Assembly (NCBI GenBank): GCA_010405405.1
Contig: MU004232.1
Span: forward strand, 1,445,481 to 1,509,480
Direction of reading: 5' to 3'
Length of the DNA stretch: 64,000 nt
Source of the DNA: Microthyrium microscopicum
Lineage: Eukaryota
The position numbers and the translations under genes are program-made. Position 1 is the first letter of the stretch. Every line of letters starts with the position of its first letter. The notes under the pieces were generated by a model, which did no database searches, was not told the DNA's origin, and worked only from the letters and a program-made list of their open reading frames with translations. This document shows, one piece after another, positions 24,944-38,715 of this stretch.

Positions 24944-27202
24944 CTAGCTATTGATCATATTTTCCGTGCCCGGCATCTTCGCCTCATACTCAAACTTCAA
25001 CACCGCCGCCTGGCTCTTCTCAATCTCCACCGTCCACGCAACCTCTCCATCCTTTTTCAACGTCGCCCTGGCTTTGCCCCATGCCTTGCGCGCCTCATGT
25101 GCCGGCGCACCAGTCTTCACCACATCGCCCTCCTTGATCAAGCCTCTTGGACTCACGATATCGATGCGGAGCCGCTCGTCCTGTGAAAGTGGCACTTGAT
25201 CTAGCACCAACAGCTCCACGGGCGCAGGTCGTGTGTTTGTCACAAAGATGCTGCGGCTGAATACGTGTGCGCGCTCCTTGTTGAATATGCCTTGTGTGCT
25301 GCGATGTAGCGTTGGTTTTGGGTAGCTTATGTGAATCGCTGGGTCGACGCCGAGCGGGATGGTGAATGCCTGATTTGGCGAGACACGCGCCAGTGCGTGG
25401 GTGCCAAGGAACGAACCATCGAGAGTAATGCCGGCTGTTCCTTTGAGCAAAGTTACTGAACTGGATGGGTTCTTGAGTTTGGCGCGCAGGAAGGCGGCAG
25501 CGCGGAGTTTGGGGATTGCGATATGGGAGAGCGCGATGGAGGTGGCGTTCAGTGTCGCGATCTTGTACCGGCGGGCCAGGGTTGAAGGCGCGAGAGTGCG
25601 AGTACCAGGTAGGTCGTATGTTGCGGTCAGGCCGTAGTCTTCCCAGGCGGACTCTTCAAAGTCAAGGGCGGTAGGAGCCAGAGCGTCCAAAGATTCGCCG
25701 CAATCTTCGATAGTGGGATCATAACCGGCATAGGCATATTCTTGGACGTTGCTGGCAGCTGGTGCTGCTCCTGGAGGCGCGGATCTGGCGGCGCCGAAGC
25801 TTGGGAGTATGCTCGCTTTCTTAGATTTCCTCGCGCTGCTAATGCCTCTGTGAAGTTCCACATTGGGAGCGGAGGCAATCATTTGCATTCTGTTGCCGCC
25901 GAGCTGGTGAGAAGCGACTGAAGAACGAACATGTCTATTTTGCTGTGGAGCAGCGTGAGCATATGCCTTTGCTTGGGAGCTGATCTCCTTTTGTATCTTT
26001 GCTTGAGTAGCAGATATCTCTGCCTTGCTGAAGATCCCATCGTTGTCTGGATTGTAACGGGACAAGGCAACTTGCCATGGATGCATAGTTGGTGCCTTGT
26101 CATCGAGGCCAGAGTACGAAGTCTGGGAAGTGGAGAGAATAACTTTCGCATCAGTCCAGGTTTCAGACGTAGCATTGCGGACTTCTGCTCGATAGACGAT
26201 GGAAGCAGTCTTCTTGACAGAATTTATGCTTAGATCGTACCATGGTAACCAAAAGGCTCCGGTGGTCACATATGAGAGCGATAGGGAAATTTCGTTTGGT
26301 GAAGTTGTCACTTTGCCTTCGCTTTTCTCTGGAGTCTCGGACGACTCTGGAACCTCCTTGGATAGAGTGATTGATCCAATGGAACTTCTTCGAGATGGAC
26401 CTGGAGTAAACATCGCAGTTTCTAATCGAACCACAACTCGGTATACGTAAGCGGGCCAGAACGTGGCTCTCTCGGATCGAACTTTTTCGATCTCTTTATG
26501 ACGCTGTTCTCTTTCGCGAAGCTTCTTGCGACGAGCGAGATCTTTGGCTTGGACCGCTTCCTTGTTTTTCTCCTTCTCAGCCTTTTCAGCACGCTTCAGT
26601 CGCCATTCAACCTTTGACTTTTGCTTGGTAAGTTTCTCGATCTCAATTCCAGCGTTGGTCTTTCCAAGATGCAGTCTTGACCGTTCAGACTCGTAGACAT
26701 GCAGTGCTTCTTCGAGCTTCTTTGCATCCGAAAACTCATTTGTAATGGTCTTGGTGAATTGTTCAAGCTGGTACAGTTGAACAGAGCACGAAGTCTCCAA
26801 GTCTGCTTGAGTTTCAATGGCCTTGTTTAGTCGATTTCGCTCCTGGCGGGAGATTTTGACATCGTCAGCATCATCGTCGCTATCAGAGTAGTCGCTCTCA
26901 AGGTCATCATCGTCCAGCTCTTCTGGTGGTCCACAGACGTCATCAAAAGCAATCTTGTTGATCACTTTTTCGACGGTGATGTCGGTAATTGTTGCTTCTC
27001 CGTTGCCCGTGCCTTCGATTTGCAAGCTTTGCTCGTCTATAGTTTCTGCGAGACCATATATTTCGATCTCGTTTTGGCCTGGTTGGAGCGCAATAGATGG
27101 GATCTCACGGACCACATGTGCTCTAGCTGGGTATAGCGTTACCGTCTTTGTAGAAAGTTCTCGGATATTGAACGATTGACTTGGGATGTTCTCTTCCGCC
27201 AT
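24944..27202 (-). CDS. DUF4140/DUF4139 (TIGR02231, MuiA-like) protein, intronless
   Basis: VTLYPARAHVVR N-terminus, coiled-coil insert, LSLSYVTTGAFWLPWYDL, ATSETWTDAKVILSTS, GVDPAI, VLDQVPLSQDERLRI. Confidence 0.85.
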   Translation of the reverse strand: MAEENIPSQSFNIRELSTKTVTLYPARAHVVREIPSIALQPGQNEIEIYGLAETIDEQSLQIEGTGNGEATITDITVEKVINKIAFDDVCGPPEELDDDDLESDYSDSDDDADDVKISRQERNRLNKAIETQADLETSCSVQLYQLEQFTKTITNEFSDAKKLEEALHVYESERSRLHLGKTNAGIEIEKLTKQKSKVEWRLKRAEKAEKEKNKEAVQAKDLARRKKLREREQRHKEIEKVRSERATFWPAYVYRVVVRLETAMFTPGPSRRSSIGSITLSKEVPESSETPEKSEGKVTTSPNEISLSLSYVTTGAFWLPWYDLSINSVKKTASIVYRAEVRNATSETWTDAKVILSTSQTSYSGLDDKAPTMHPWQVALSRYNPDNDGIFSKAEISATQAKIQKEISSQAKAYAHAAPQQNRHVRSSVASHQLGGNRMQMIASAPNVELHRGISSARKSKKASILPSFGAARSAPPGAAPAASNVQEYAYAGYDPTIEDCGESLDALAPTALDFEESAWEDYGLTATYDLPGTRTLAPSTLARRYKIATLNATSIALSHIAIPKLRAAAFLRAKLKNPSSSVTLLKGTAGITLDGSFLGTHALARVSPNQAFTIPLGVDPAIHISYPKPTLHRSTQGIFNKERAHVFSRSIFVTNTRPAPVELLVLDQVPLSQDERLRIDIVSPRGLIKEGDVVKTGAPAHEARKAWGKARATLKKDGEVAWTVEIEKSQAAVLKFEYEAKMPGTENMINS

Positions 27203-27797
27203 TTTGGAGTTTATTTGAAAAGGCTTGAGTATTGGCAAATAAATGGGTGAATGTGGTTGAAAGTCGAGTGCCAAGAGGTGTCGTAGCAATGCTAGTCTCA
27301 GTGTATGATGTTGAAGGAAAAGGGTTTAGAAAGTTGCTCTATTCTTTCTCAGCATGGGGAAAGGACCCTTTTTATGGCTCATGAGGAGCTGGAGGCATCC
27401 ATGATAATGAGGAGATGATGGTTGCCTTCAAGCCGCTTGGGAGAGGCTCGGCCAGTCAAGACTGAACTCAGCCACCACCCCCAAAAGTCTATCGACGCCC
27501 CTGAAGCGGTGTTGACTTTCCAGCTTTCTTTGAGTTAGTACATCACACCTCCATTGCACAATATGACTGCGGTGCTCAGGTTTGCATCTTCAAGGATTTA
27601 CCGAATAATTTTCTCGAAATAAAGATCAAAAAGTTTGTTCTTGCTTCCCATGTTGATGATTGAAGTGGCAACTCAGCAAGGCAACAGTCCACACTCCACA
27701 GCATCAAGCCTCACAGGAACCTCATTAACCGAAGTAGAGAACTGGTTTGTATCGTTTATTCTAGAGAGGAGAAGCCTACTCACAGACCTGGCGTCTA

Positions 27798-30700
27798 CAG
27801 TGTTATCAGGGTTGTCTTACCCTCCCCCTTGAAAACGTAAAAGGGGGCTTTAGGCCGTAATTGGGTGGATCCGCGGGAGGAACTGGGCGTTACAATGCAA
27901 ATTTGTAGGGCGCCTCTTAGTCGCAGCTTATTAGCAGCCCCTAAAAACTATTCTTCCTAAATATTATATCTTAAGTTGCTTTTAAAGCTATATTAGCGAC
28001 GCGAATAGCGGAATAGTAGTGTTTAATTACTACTTATTCCTTACTTTAAGATATCTTAAATAGGTAGTATTCCTACTAGTTAATAGCATTTAAAACTCTT
28101 TAATAGTAATTATATCTTAACGAAGCTAATTAGGCTATAATCTTAAGTTAAGTTCCTAAAGATATTAAAGTTAAAGTAGGTAAAAAAGTAATATTCCTAC
28201 TAGTAGAGTTAAAAATCTAGAGTTAAAGATATTAAATAGTATAGGATTATTAATGTTAAGGACTAATTATTAATAATTATATCTTAAGATTAAATAGAAT
28301 AGTAAGCTTATAGAATTATTAGAGAGCTATTCTAAAATTAATAAAGTAATAATAGTAATAACTATAAAATATCTTATTAATATAGTCTAAAATTATTAAA
28401 ATATACCTATTTAACGTTATCTTACCTTTAATAATTCCTTAATATCTTCTATATAACTTCTTACTAGTTTTTTAGCACTAAAATACTTTTTAATACTATA
28501 GCTTATACTTATTAGGTTCTTAGTCCTATCTAATTCCTAAATTGCTATATCTTTATACGTATTATAAGTAAATACTACTCTCTAGTATCTAAAAAGGCTA
28601 TTAAGTAGTTATTTAAGATCTATATAGATATAGATAGAAGTCCTCTATTAAAAACGTTTATACTTACTTTAAAGGCTCTAATAGCGTCTTATCTTAGATA
28701 TCCTATTCCTATATCTTATATAACGTTTATACTATTACCTATTATTTTTTTAAATAGTATTAATATAAATACTATTATTTCTAATTATTTACTAATATTA
28801 TTAGCTTCTTAGGTTTAACTAGCTAAGTATTCTTTATAATAAAATACTAAGACTTAGAATATCTTAGAATATGCTACTAATAGATTATAACTTTAAGATA
28901 TTAATATTACTTAGCCTCTTTTAGTTAAAGAGACTTAAAATATACCTAACGCTACTTAAGATATTATTTATAAATATTAATATAGCCTAGACTACGTCTA
29001 AGAAACGTATTTACTTAGAATTACTACCTAAAACGCTATAATAGATAGCGCTTAGTATTCTAAAATATTTTTACTTAATTCTAGCGCTCTAGTTCCTTAG
29101 ATTAACTCTACGCTATTACTATTACTAGTACCTAAATTTCTTCCTAAAATTACTATTATTATTAAGATCTAAAAGTAAGAAATACCTATAATTAAGAATA
29201 AATTTAATTATCTTTGCTAGAGCCTAATTAAAAGCTTTAAAAAGACTTAGGACTAGCTAGATTTATATCTTAAAGAATAAGGAACGATATATAGTTCTTT
29301 AATCTTGATTTAGACGTTTTTAAAACAAAAGATAAAGAGAGGAACTAAAAATCTTTAATATAGCTTTAGTATTAATTTAGGCTTAAGCAATAAGGAGCTT
29401 AATAGTATTCTTACTTTAATTTAGCGCTAAATTACTTATTAGTATTAGACTAATTTCTATAATAACTCTTAACGTATTAGTAATCCTAAATAAGAGATTA
29501 TATTTAGTATTACTAAGCCTAAACGCTTTTCTCTAGCGTTAGTAATAGTAGTAAAGATATTAAAATAGGTAAATCTATACTATAAAGAATATTAATAGCA
29601 TATTAATTTTACTTTAAAATTTATAAAGTTAGTAAAGAAACATCTCTATATAAAGGATAAATATTTAAATTACCTTAATAAAGGATACTACTAAAAAGAT
29701 TCTTATAATAAATATATCTTCCTTAACGTTATAGATTTAAACGAATAGGCCTAAAAGATAGTAAAGGATAAATATAATATTAAAACACTACCTAACGTTA
29801 TAATAATAAGACTCTTAGAATTTATAGCTATTTAATAAGCTTATTATTAATATAAAATAATAATAGTATTAAATTTAACTCTATAACCTATTAATATTAA
29901 TATTTATCGTAATTAAAAGAGCTTAAACTCACCTAGTAGGTTATCTAATAGGCTTTTTAGTAGCTAGAGCTAACGTACGCGTTTAGCATCTCTACTACCC
30001 TATAGCGATATTCTTATAGCTTTATTTCTACCTTTAGGGCCTTCGTTAATAATAAAATACTACCTAGAGTAGGAATTTACTAAGTTTAAGAGGTAGTTCT
30101 ATAATAATTTAGGCTTTAGGTAGTATTTAGTATTTAATTATATTATAAAAGCCCTTAAAGTAAAAGAATATTATTTAAGATAAGCTATAGGGTATAATTA
30201 TACCTAATTTAAGCAACTTCTTAGTAAAAAGCTAATATTTAGAATTAACAATATACTTAAAATTAATAAAAAAATTATTGCTAATTTTTATTAGTATTAT
30301 GCTTATTAAAGTAGGCTTCCTAATAATACTAATTCTAAACTATTTAGATAGGAATTATAATAGTAGTAGTTTAATATTAAATTCTTATTATAGTATAAAG
30401 AAGTTAGAATTAGAAGTAATAATTAAAGCTATTTCCTAGATATTCTTATATAACCTTAGGCCTTAAGGAATTTTATTATTCTTTATAATATAATTACTAT
30501 ATTAAATATACTCTTTAGCTTACTTCTTATTAAGTACTCCTTTATTTAAAACTTTAATTCTAATACTTAAAAACTACTTAAAAGATATAGAATTCTTATA
30601 GGTATACTACTAGTAGTTATTTATCTTTAACTAAGCCTTTAAATTACTAAAAAACTCTTTAATAGAATTAAAATCTAGGTAGTAAGGTAGTAAGAATTCT

Positions 30701-31782
30701 AATTGTACTTCTATAGCCCTAAATATCTTACGAACCTCTTTGCTATAATAAAAGGATATATTATCTATAATAATAATACTTTAAGGAAGAGAATAAGGCT
30801 AATAGATATCTAGAAGCTTATTCTTACATTACTAGGCAAAACTATTATTATTACTATTAGCTTTATAAATATCTACTAATAGGATACTATTAACGCTATA
30901 TGCTAGTAGGATATTATATTATTTAGTAGTATTACTAATATTCTTTAATTTTTACTTATCTAACGCTAAGAAGCTCTTAATATTTAGTTTAATACTTAAT
31001 TTATTCTATCTTATTATTCTTAAAATGCTAGCAATCCTATACCCTACTTTATTAACGAAGATAAGCTATTTAAAGATATATTTTAATATATAAATATAGT
31101 ATTTATAATAAGCTTTAGCAAAGCGCTAAGTAGTAATAACCTTTAATTATAAAATATAAAAATATATTACTTAGTATTACTTTATTACTAACCTTCTTTT
31201 TAATATATTTATACCTATTTAGGACTTTAGAAATAAGAGCCTAGCTTATAACGATACTAAAGGTACTCTAAATAAACTTATATATCTTAAATTATATTAA
31301 ATTAAGTTAGTAAAGAAGGTATTTAAACAGCACGACCTATACGTTATAATCTAACACTAGTAGAGGGCCTAAATATATCTTTATAGCTTTAAACGATCCT
31401 CTAATCTTTAATATTTAACGCTAGTATTTAATAATATAAAAATTATATCTAATAGCCTTAGCAATAGAATTCTTATTATAGCTAAGCTTAATTATATCTT
31501 ATACCTATTTTTAGTAGTAAGGTTTAAAATAGCGCGGCATATAGAAGAGTTATTTAATATAATATTAAAATACTAAAAATTAAGATATTTAATAAAGATT
31601 TAGCTTTAAGATTAATAATAATATAATTTAGAAAGAGAATAGAGTTAGTAAGTTTAATCTAAGGGGCTACGCCGCTAAATTTATATACTAACGCACTCTT
31701 TAGATCCTTCCGCCCTCCAATTAAGCCCTAAAGCGCCATTTTATAAGTTCAGGGGGAGGGTAAGACAACCCTAATAACACTA
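27798..31782. mobile_element. 3985-bp TIR DNA transposon, TA TSD, heavily RIP-mutated
   Basis: TA|CAGTGTTATCAGGGTTGTCTTACCCTCCCCCT versus right-end reverse complement TA|TAGTGTTATTAGGGTTGTCTTACCCTCCCCCT; imperfect similarity continues ~100 bp inward. Interior is extremely AT-rich with CpA/TpG nearly absent. Confidence 0.92.
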
Positions 31783-32174
31783 TAGCAGCATCGCCAAATG
31801 TGTTGGATCACGATTGGGATCATCATCCGAAATCATTGATCTGATTGGCTGAAAGCCATGTGCCAGCCTTGCTTCCAGCCTCATGGTAAAGATTCGCCAA
31901 CTGCAACAATCAGGAGTGCTACCTTTTGAGCGTAGCTGACATGCTGCCACCCGATTCTCTGGCTACCATGTTTTACACATCAGTGTTTAACTTTGAGTAC
32001 CATCTCGTATGTAAACCGAAGACGCGTATATTAATTCTCCAAGACTATAAGTCAGAAGTCAACAAAGTTGCAGGAAAACATCATGTGAACGAGCCAATTA
32101 CTATATTTGTCAAAAACTAGAAACATATCGAAGGTTTAAATTGACAACATCAACACCTAAGTACGACTTGCAGA

Positions 32175-34121
32175 TTAATATCTCACTACCTGAACCAGCG
32201 TCTGAGGCACAGGCTGCGTAGGCTTTGGTGCACCTGCAGGCGGCGGCACCACAATCACTGGCGTCGAAGTTGAAGGTTTCTCCGGTGGTGGTGGCAGGTA
32301 AGTCGCTCTCGCTACTAGTCCCTGCGTTGACCAGTGCACTGCTGGTGCAAGATGGAGCAGCGATGAAGTTGAAGATGTCGGCTTGCTTGCTGGTGGTGCT
32401 GGTGGTGGTACCTGGATTGATGGAAGTGCTACTGGTGCAGGTGCCCGAGAGGATGACGGCGAGATCGGCGCTGGCGCGGTGCTGGCCTGGCTCCATCCGG
32501 TTGATAGAGGTCTAGGAGCATCTGCATTTCCGGGGCCTGCAGGTGCAGGTGCGGGAGCGGCGGTTTCCTTGAGGGGCGCCCAACTGGGTGTTTCGATTGT
32601 TGGAATTGGTCCATTTGCTGGCCCGTTTGTGGTCGCGGGTTTTGGTGCTGGTGCTGGCGCAGATGGAGCTGGTGCTGGTGCAGATGGAGCTGGAGCTGGT
32701 GCTGGTGCGGAGGGAGCTGGCGCTGGAGTAGATGGAGCAGGAGCAGGAGCTGGGGCTGGGTCAGACGAGAACGGTCCTGGATCAGATGATGGTGGAGGGT
32801 TCCACGGAGCGGGTGGAATTGTCGCTGAAGATTGCTGGACTGGCGCTGGAGATGGTGTTACGATGACGATAGTGGTACTAGTAACGGTTGTGGTTGACTC
32901 CTGTCGTGGAGGTGCTACTGCCGAGGACTGTGGAATTGGAACCTGTGTCATCAATGGCGCTGGAGCTGTAGCCGGAACGGAACTCTGGGCCATTGGTGGT
33001 GGACCATCATCGTCTCGTCCTCCACGTGGAGCTGGTGGAGGGCCATCATTGTTATCCTTTCCGCCTCGTGGCGCGGGCGGTGGCCCTTCGTTATCATCAG
33101 GGGCTAGAGCTGGAGATGGACGGGCGGGAGCTTGGGAGATTGCGGAAGGGACCGAAGGTGCCTTGGGTGACACTGTTGTTCTACTTCCTGGATTTGGGCG
33201 GCCGCCTACAGTTCCAGTGGGTGCGAATGGCGGCGCATCATCGTCATCTGGATATGCTGGACGTGGAGATGGCGAAGGAACACTCGGCTGCGTAGGTCGG
33301 TATGTAGGCCGGTATGTAGTTCGACTTGAAATTGGTGAGATTGGCGACCACAGAGGCTGTGTTGGCTGAACAGATGATGATGGTCGCTGTGTAGTTCGAC
33401 TCCATTGTGGTGTGTTTGCCGGCGGTGCCTGCCTTGGGGTTGTCTGAGTCTGCCAAACTGGTTGACCTTGTGGGGGAGCTGGCGACGATCGGGGAGGAGA
33501 GCTTGCCCACGGAGGAGTCCAGGTTGCGTATGGTTGCTGTGTCTGTCGCGGCGCGCTGGTCTGTCGTGGCGGATTCGAGGACCAAGATGGTGTATAAGCA
33601 GATGACCATGCTGGCGGTGCTTGCGCCCAAGGTGGAGCTGTTGTTGTTGCGCGAGCTGGAGCTGGTGCTTGCCGTTGCGAGTTGAGATATGGCACAACTT
33701 CTTCGTACCAAAGACCGCCAATAGTAATACAAGGTCCGCCATAGAAGGTAGTTTCATGCTGATCTCTGTCGTAGCCACGGCCCGCTCGAGCGTTTGACAC
33801 ACTTTGAACGAAAGAGCTGAGACTGCTCTCAAGAGATGCACTCTGCTGTCTGCACATTGCCTGATCATGAGATGGTGGACCCGGCTCTAGGTTGATGATT
33901 GGACGAACTCCATTGCCCCATGGGTCGGCGGCGATTTCCTCAATGCTGTCTGGAAGTCGAGCTGCTTCGGATGGCAGAGGCGCGGCATCGTCTAGTGGAG
34001 GTAGAGCAGCTTCAATTTTAGATTAGTATACTGTTACCAATAATGTGCGTAGGATTTGAAGCATACCAACTTCCCGCCATATCGCCGTAAAGACAACCAC
34101 AAGTTCGATTAGTCTCGTCAT
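32175..34121 (-). CDS. Secreted proline-rich, mucin/extensin-like protein
   Basis: Exon 1 MTRLIELVVVFTAIWREV (signal-like), intron ~34066-34011, short domain with two Cys, then P/S/T/A-rich repeats (APAPS, GPPPAPRGG). Confidence 0.8.
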
Positions 34122-35677
34122 ACTGGATTGAGATACTTGTCGAGGTCACCTATCACAAACTAACATCAAAGAAAGGAAGAAACCGATCAGACTCTCAGCT
34201 ATTTCGCCAAGGGCTACTCTATTGTGTTATATACTAACGAATTTCTGGATACCATGGCTTACAACCACCGTCACTTAAAGATTATGGCCATAGCTGAGGA
34301 ACAATATACCTAGAAACGGCAATACATGGGTTCTTAAGATCACTGAGGCACTACTAAAGGTTGTGTGAGCGCGCCTCGGAGTAAATAGAAGTATTTAATA
34401 TGGGCTGTAGTTAAGACAGTATAAGACTCAATCAAGTGTCCAGGAATAAACGGGTTAAGCCAAATCTCGAATCGTTCGTTCGTTTATTTCTGCGCAATGA
34501 CCGAGTCCACAAGGATAATTGAATTGGCCGTCAACCGGTCGCGCAAGTTTCTGGTTAGACTGTTGTTCGAAACCCTGACATAGCAAGTCTTAATATAAGA
34601 TCAAGTGGTATGCTGCCCTGCCCGATGTGTTAGATACTAGGATCGTCTTCTTTGCCAGGTACCAATTACCGAAGTCTGGGTGACTGGAATCATAATTTTT
34701 CCTAGATTATCGAGGCTTTGACAATTAGAGTGAATAATGTTTCGCCGATCGTTCGAAAGACATCTGATTGAAACCTTATCATTGGAGACACAAATGGTGA
34801 AGGGAGGAAGCTGCTCTATAGTCCCGTGGAAATGATATATGCTATTTTAGAAGCGATGGTGTAGATTCTTCGCACCTCTTATATGTCTCTACAACTGAAC
34901 ACTACCAGAGTACTTCATGAAACACGACGAGAGGTACGTATCGTAAAGTATACTCAAGCGCGAAATTACAGAAAAGTATAATTGCAAAGAAGATGGCGTA
35001 AACCATTGTGGTTCCCAAGATCACGAAGCTTTTACATGACTGTAGTGTATAGTATTAGATATTGGTCCGTTAGTACACGTCCAGAGTGATGTTGGTTGAC
35101 AACATCTATTTTTGTGGTCATAGTGTATTTCAACAACAGTCCCAGCACAAATTACTCTACCCTAGTGCGTGAGTGTATTATCAATCACAGCTCCTCATCA
35201 TAGTACGGGAGGCTTGTTGAAAGATACTCATCATAACCTCAACTCTATTGACTTCTAGACGAATATCCTATAAAGTCCTTAGGTAGATCCGAACACGCTC
35301 TTTTAGGGACATAGTCGGGAGCAACCTTCGATCATATTACCCAAGCTATAGGAGATGAACGACTTTTACATGTCATTCAGGTACAGAAGATACTTCCCCT
35401 TTTCCAAGATGACAGTCGTGACCATCGTCGGAGACACTATCAATTACACCCATGCCTATGGGAGATCTAATGGGAGCTGATACCTTAAAAGTTCAAGCGT
35501 TGTAAGCTCAAGCACATGGTATGTATCAACGTATGGTAACCATGTAAAGTGGCATATCTATCATTATATCATCCCATAATCCAACCTTGGAACCTATATC
35601 CTTACCCACTATGATATGCCAGATTATATGTTACATGTCGCATTAAAATCGTATCACACATTTACCACCCGCACATT

Positions 35678-37188
35678 CTAGTTGCCCAGCGCAGTCGACC
35701 CTCCTTTCTTCGACGATGCTCCTGCTACAACCAATGCCTTGCCAACTTTGTTGACTCCGCGCTGCAAATCTGTGCCGACGCGCTGTACTTGGGCCACTGC
35801 GTCGCCCAATAGCACACGCATCGCACCTTCCAGCCGCCCGTCTTTCTTGCGCCGCATCCATAATAGTAGGAGCAGCAATATTATAGCGTCGAAAGCAACG
35901 TGCTTTAGCACACTGCTTATCAGCGTCCATGTCAGGTTGAGGAAGGTCCCACGCCGCGTGCGTGTCCATAAGCGGCGCGCTTCGAGTTGTTCGCGCAAAG
36001 CGGCGACTTCCGCAGTCAGCCGGATGAGCGCGGTGGACACTCGCCGTCGCCATTTAGTGTCGTCGGCGCGGGTGCGTTTCTTGGGCGCATCTGGGTCCGC
36101 TGCGGCGGAGGTTTGTTCGTCGGCTGCGCGTGGGGCGGCGCGTTTGCCATGTGGGTCGAGAGTAGCTGGATTAGGTGGTGGTTCGGCTATTTGTGAGTCG
36201 GGCGCGTCAACGAACTCATCGCCGCCGGCGGAGTCGTCGTCGCTTGAGTCGTCGATTACACTGTGAGAGAGGGGGCTACCGGTGAGATGGCGCATGTCAG
36301 TGGAGGTGCGAGTGCCAGCGACGTTGGATGTGCTATTTACACCCAAACCGCTAAGGCGTTTCTTGCTGCGGTCGGCGAATTTGAAGATTGGTTGAGCTGG
36401 AGGGAGGCTATGAGAATGTGAAGGATCTGAGCGTGGAAGAGATTGTTGGGCAGGGTCCATAGACTGTGATCTGGATAGTCCAAGTCCAGAGCCAGAGCCT
36501 ACGCCGACACCTATCCCTAGGCCAGCTCCATGATGTGTTGGCGAAGAGGAAGAGGATGAAGAGGCATTTGCTTTCACTTGATCCCAGACAAATTCTAGTT
36601 CGTCGACGAGAGCGCGGGAGTCTGGAGAGGAGTTTGCGTATTGGCGCATAGTCGATATAAGTGTGGTTATGTAGCGTCGTTTAGCTTCGGTTCGGGAGAG
36701 TCCGGCACATGATTTCCATGCGTCCCTGATAAGAATCAGTCAATCGTTCTGGCAATGTCAAATACACCAAAGTAAGAGTATGGCGCTAGTGCGAGCCCAT
36801 ATCTGGCATAAAAGTGTATTGGAGGCGGACGAACCATTTCTCTCTTGCTTGATGGGCAGAAGCATCTCTGCCACTGGGTCTCTGCATTATCCCATCCACA
36901 TCTCCCTCTGTCACTTATTTATCAGTATATGGCTCGTGCAGGATTTGACGCGTTCGAAAGTGGTATCGTACCCATGCTCTGCTTGTACAAGCCATAGAGC
37001 TTCAGTCTCAGCTTCGCTGGTGGTTTCTCGGCCCCGATGGGTATCTTGTTGACTGTATTGAGCGCATGGCTAAAGACCCGATCTGTTGAATAATCACATG
37101 CGATTAGCATAATGTAATTTGCGCATCAAAACAGCCGGGATTGAGGGAGTGGCGGATCAGTGATGTACATACCGACAGAGTCAGACAT
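35678..37188 (-). CDS. Membrane-anchored acyl-CoA-binding protein (Atg37/ACBD5-like)
   Basis: Spliced MSDSVDRVFSHAL..LRLKLYGLYKQSMEGD..EKWDAW..EAKRRYI (ACBP domain), FFAT-like DEFVDAPD, coiled coil, C-terminal TM helix. Confidence 0.9.
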
Positions 37189-38715
37189 TCCTACTCATTT
37201 GGAGCACGCGATAAGAGGCTGATGAGGAGCGCATATGGGCTAACGGAAGCAGAGGAGCAGGTCGACAAGGTAGCAGTATTATTTGAGTGACAGGATTGAG
37301 TGGCGGGCATAGAGACATCTGATTGATATTGATTTGGGGCTCTGGGTGGTATAGGTATGGGTTGGGTTGTCGTCGTGTCAATTCAAACGTCAGGGTGTCA
37401 TCAGATGCCGCGGCTGTCGGCAATGGTCCGAGTAAAGTGCACTTGATCCTGCTACTCCAGCTATCAGCAATTCAAGCTGCATTATAACGAGTAAGCTGGG
37501 TAGCCGATTCGCTTTTGATACTCCGTACATGTGCAACAACATAAAAGCCTCACTGCTATTTGTGATGGCTGGTCAACATAAAACCTTCCTATCTGTGTCC
37601 ACCAAACAACTCCTCTGATATACTTTCGCCATGACTTTTGATCAGTGGATCCGTGAAATTCAACCATTAAGGTACGGGCAAAGAATCATTCCGCAAGCTT
37701 TAAATTCTCTCTACGTCAGACCCGCAATCCATGTGGAGGGCGCTCAACGACTACAAGTCTACCCTTCATCATTGAAGAAGCGCGTGCATTTGATTGCCCT
37801 CCGTGATGGACAATTTGCCTATACTTCTGCGCACTTGACACGATATCAGAGTCCATTTGAAAGAGCGTGGCAGGTGGGAGCCAGCACAACTGATGGGTGC
37901 ACACCTTTCATACTGTCCATTGGTTGGCGTCGACGAGACAGCAAAAAGAAACAATTCTGATCAGACAAATGCATGAGCAGGAACATGCCCATGAGATACC
38001 AGCCCCTGTCTGTTCTGCTGCCAAAATCATGCAGTTGCTTATTGCTTCAGAGTTGGTTTGTTCACTTGGGAATTGGCTCCAACCTCTTTTAAACAGAAAA
38101 GGCGCTGCCAGGAAGCTATCTTCCCGTTCCGTAAATCGGGAACAGGACTGTCTTGAGATCTAGAATTGATTCAGGCCATCCATGAACTGTTCTATTTCTG
38201 TATCCTCGTGCCGGCCTCTATCACTTTTTCCATTTGACTACTGCAGGCCAAGCAACTTCCGAACTTCGATCCAATCATCGTCATGTTTCTTCAGCCTCGT
38301 ATGCATCTTACTTCCTGCCACCCATCATTCTGTCTTCTAGACCATAGCATTTTGGGCGCAGTGTGCTATGAATTCATACCCCACTTGCCAGAAAGAGTAT
38401 CAATCCATCTTCATGTTTTCCAGGTGTGTGCAAGCGGTCCGTCTGCCGCAGCTTGCATCATGTATGTCTTTGGTTCACAGCCCAGGTTTCTCGCTTCTCA
38501 GCCTTGGCGACAGTGTCTCGTTCCAATGAACGCGATGTGACTTTGGTGAACCAGACCCAGCTTGCAGATAGATGTGCATAAACCATTGATCAAGCACGGG
38601 GAAGATGGAAAACTCTAGTCTGGACACGCAGGACTGCCTGATTTTGATTCACTGAAAAGTTCGCCATGTCCAGTCTCGCGACTTTCGTGTTTCTATCCTT
38701 TTCAGCCTTGTCAAA

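Noticed and set aside
27900..31700. AT-rich block as mitochondrial insertion or centromere
   Set aside because: Bounded exactly by TIRs and a TA TSD, with RIP dinucleotide bias.
32383..33369. 328-aa Gly/Ala-rich plus-strand ORF resembling fibroin
   Set aside because: Antisense shadow of the Pro/Ala repeats of the minus-strand gene; no ATG start.
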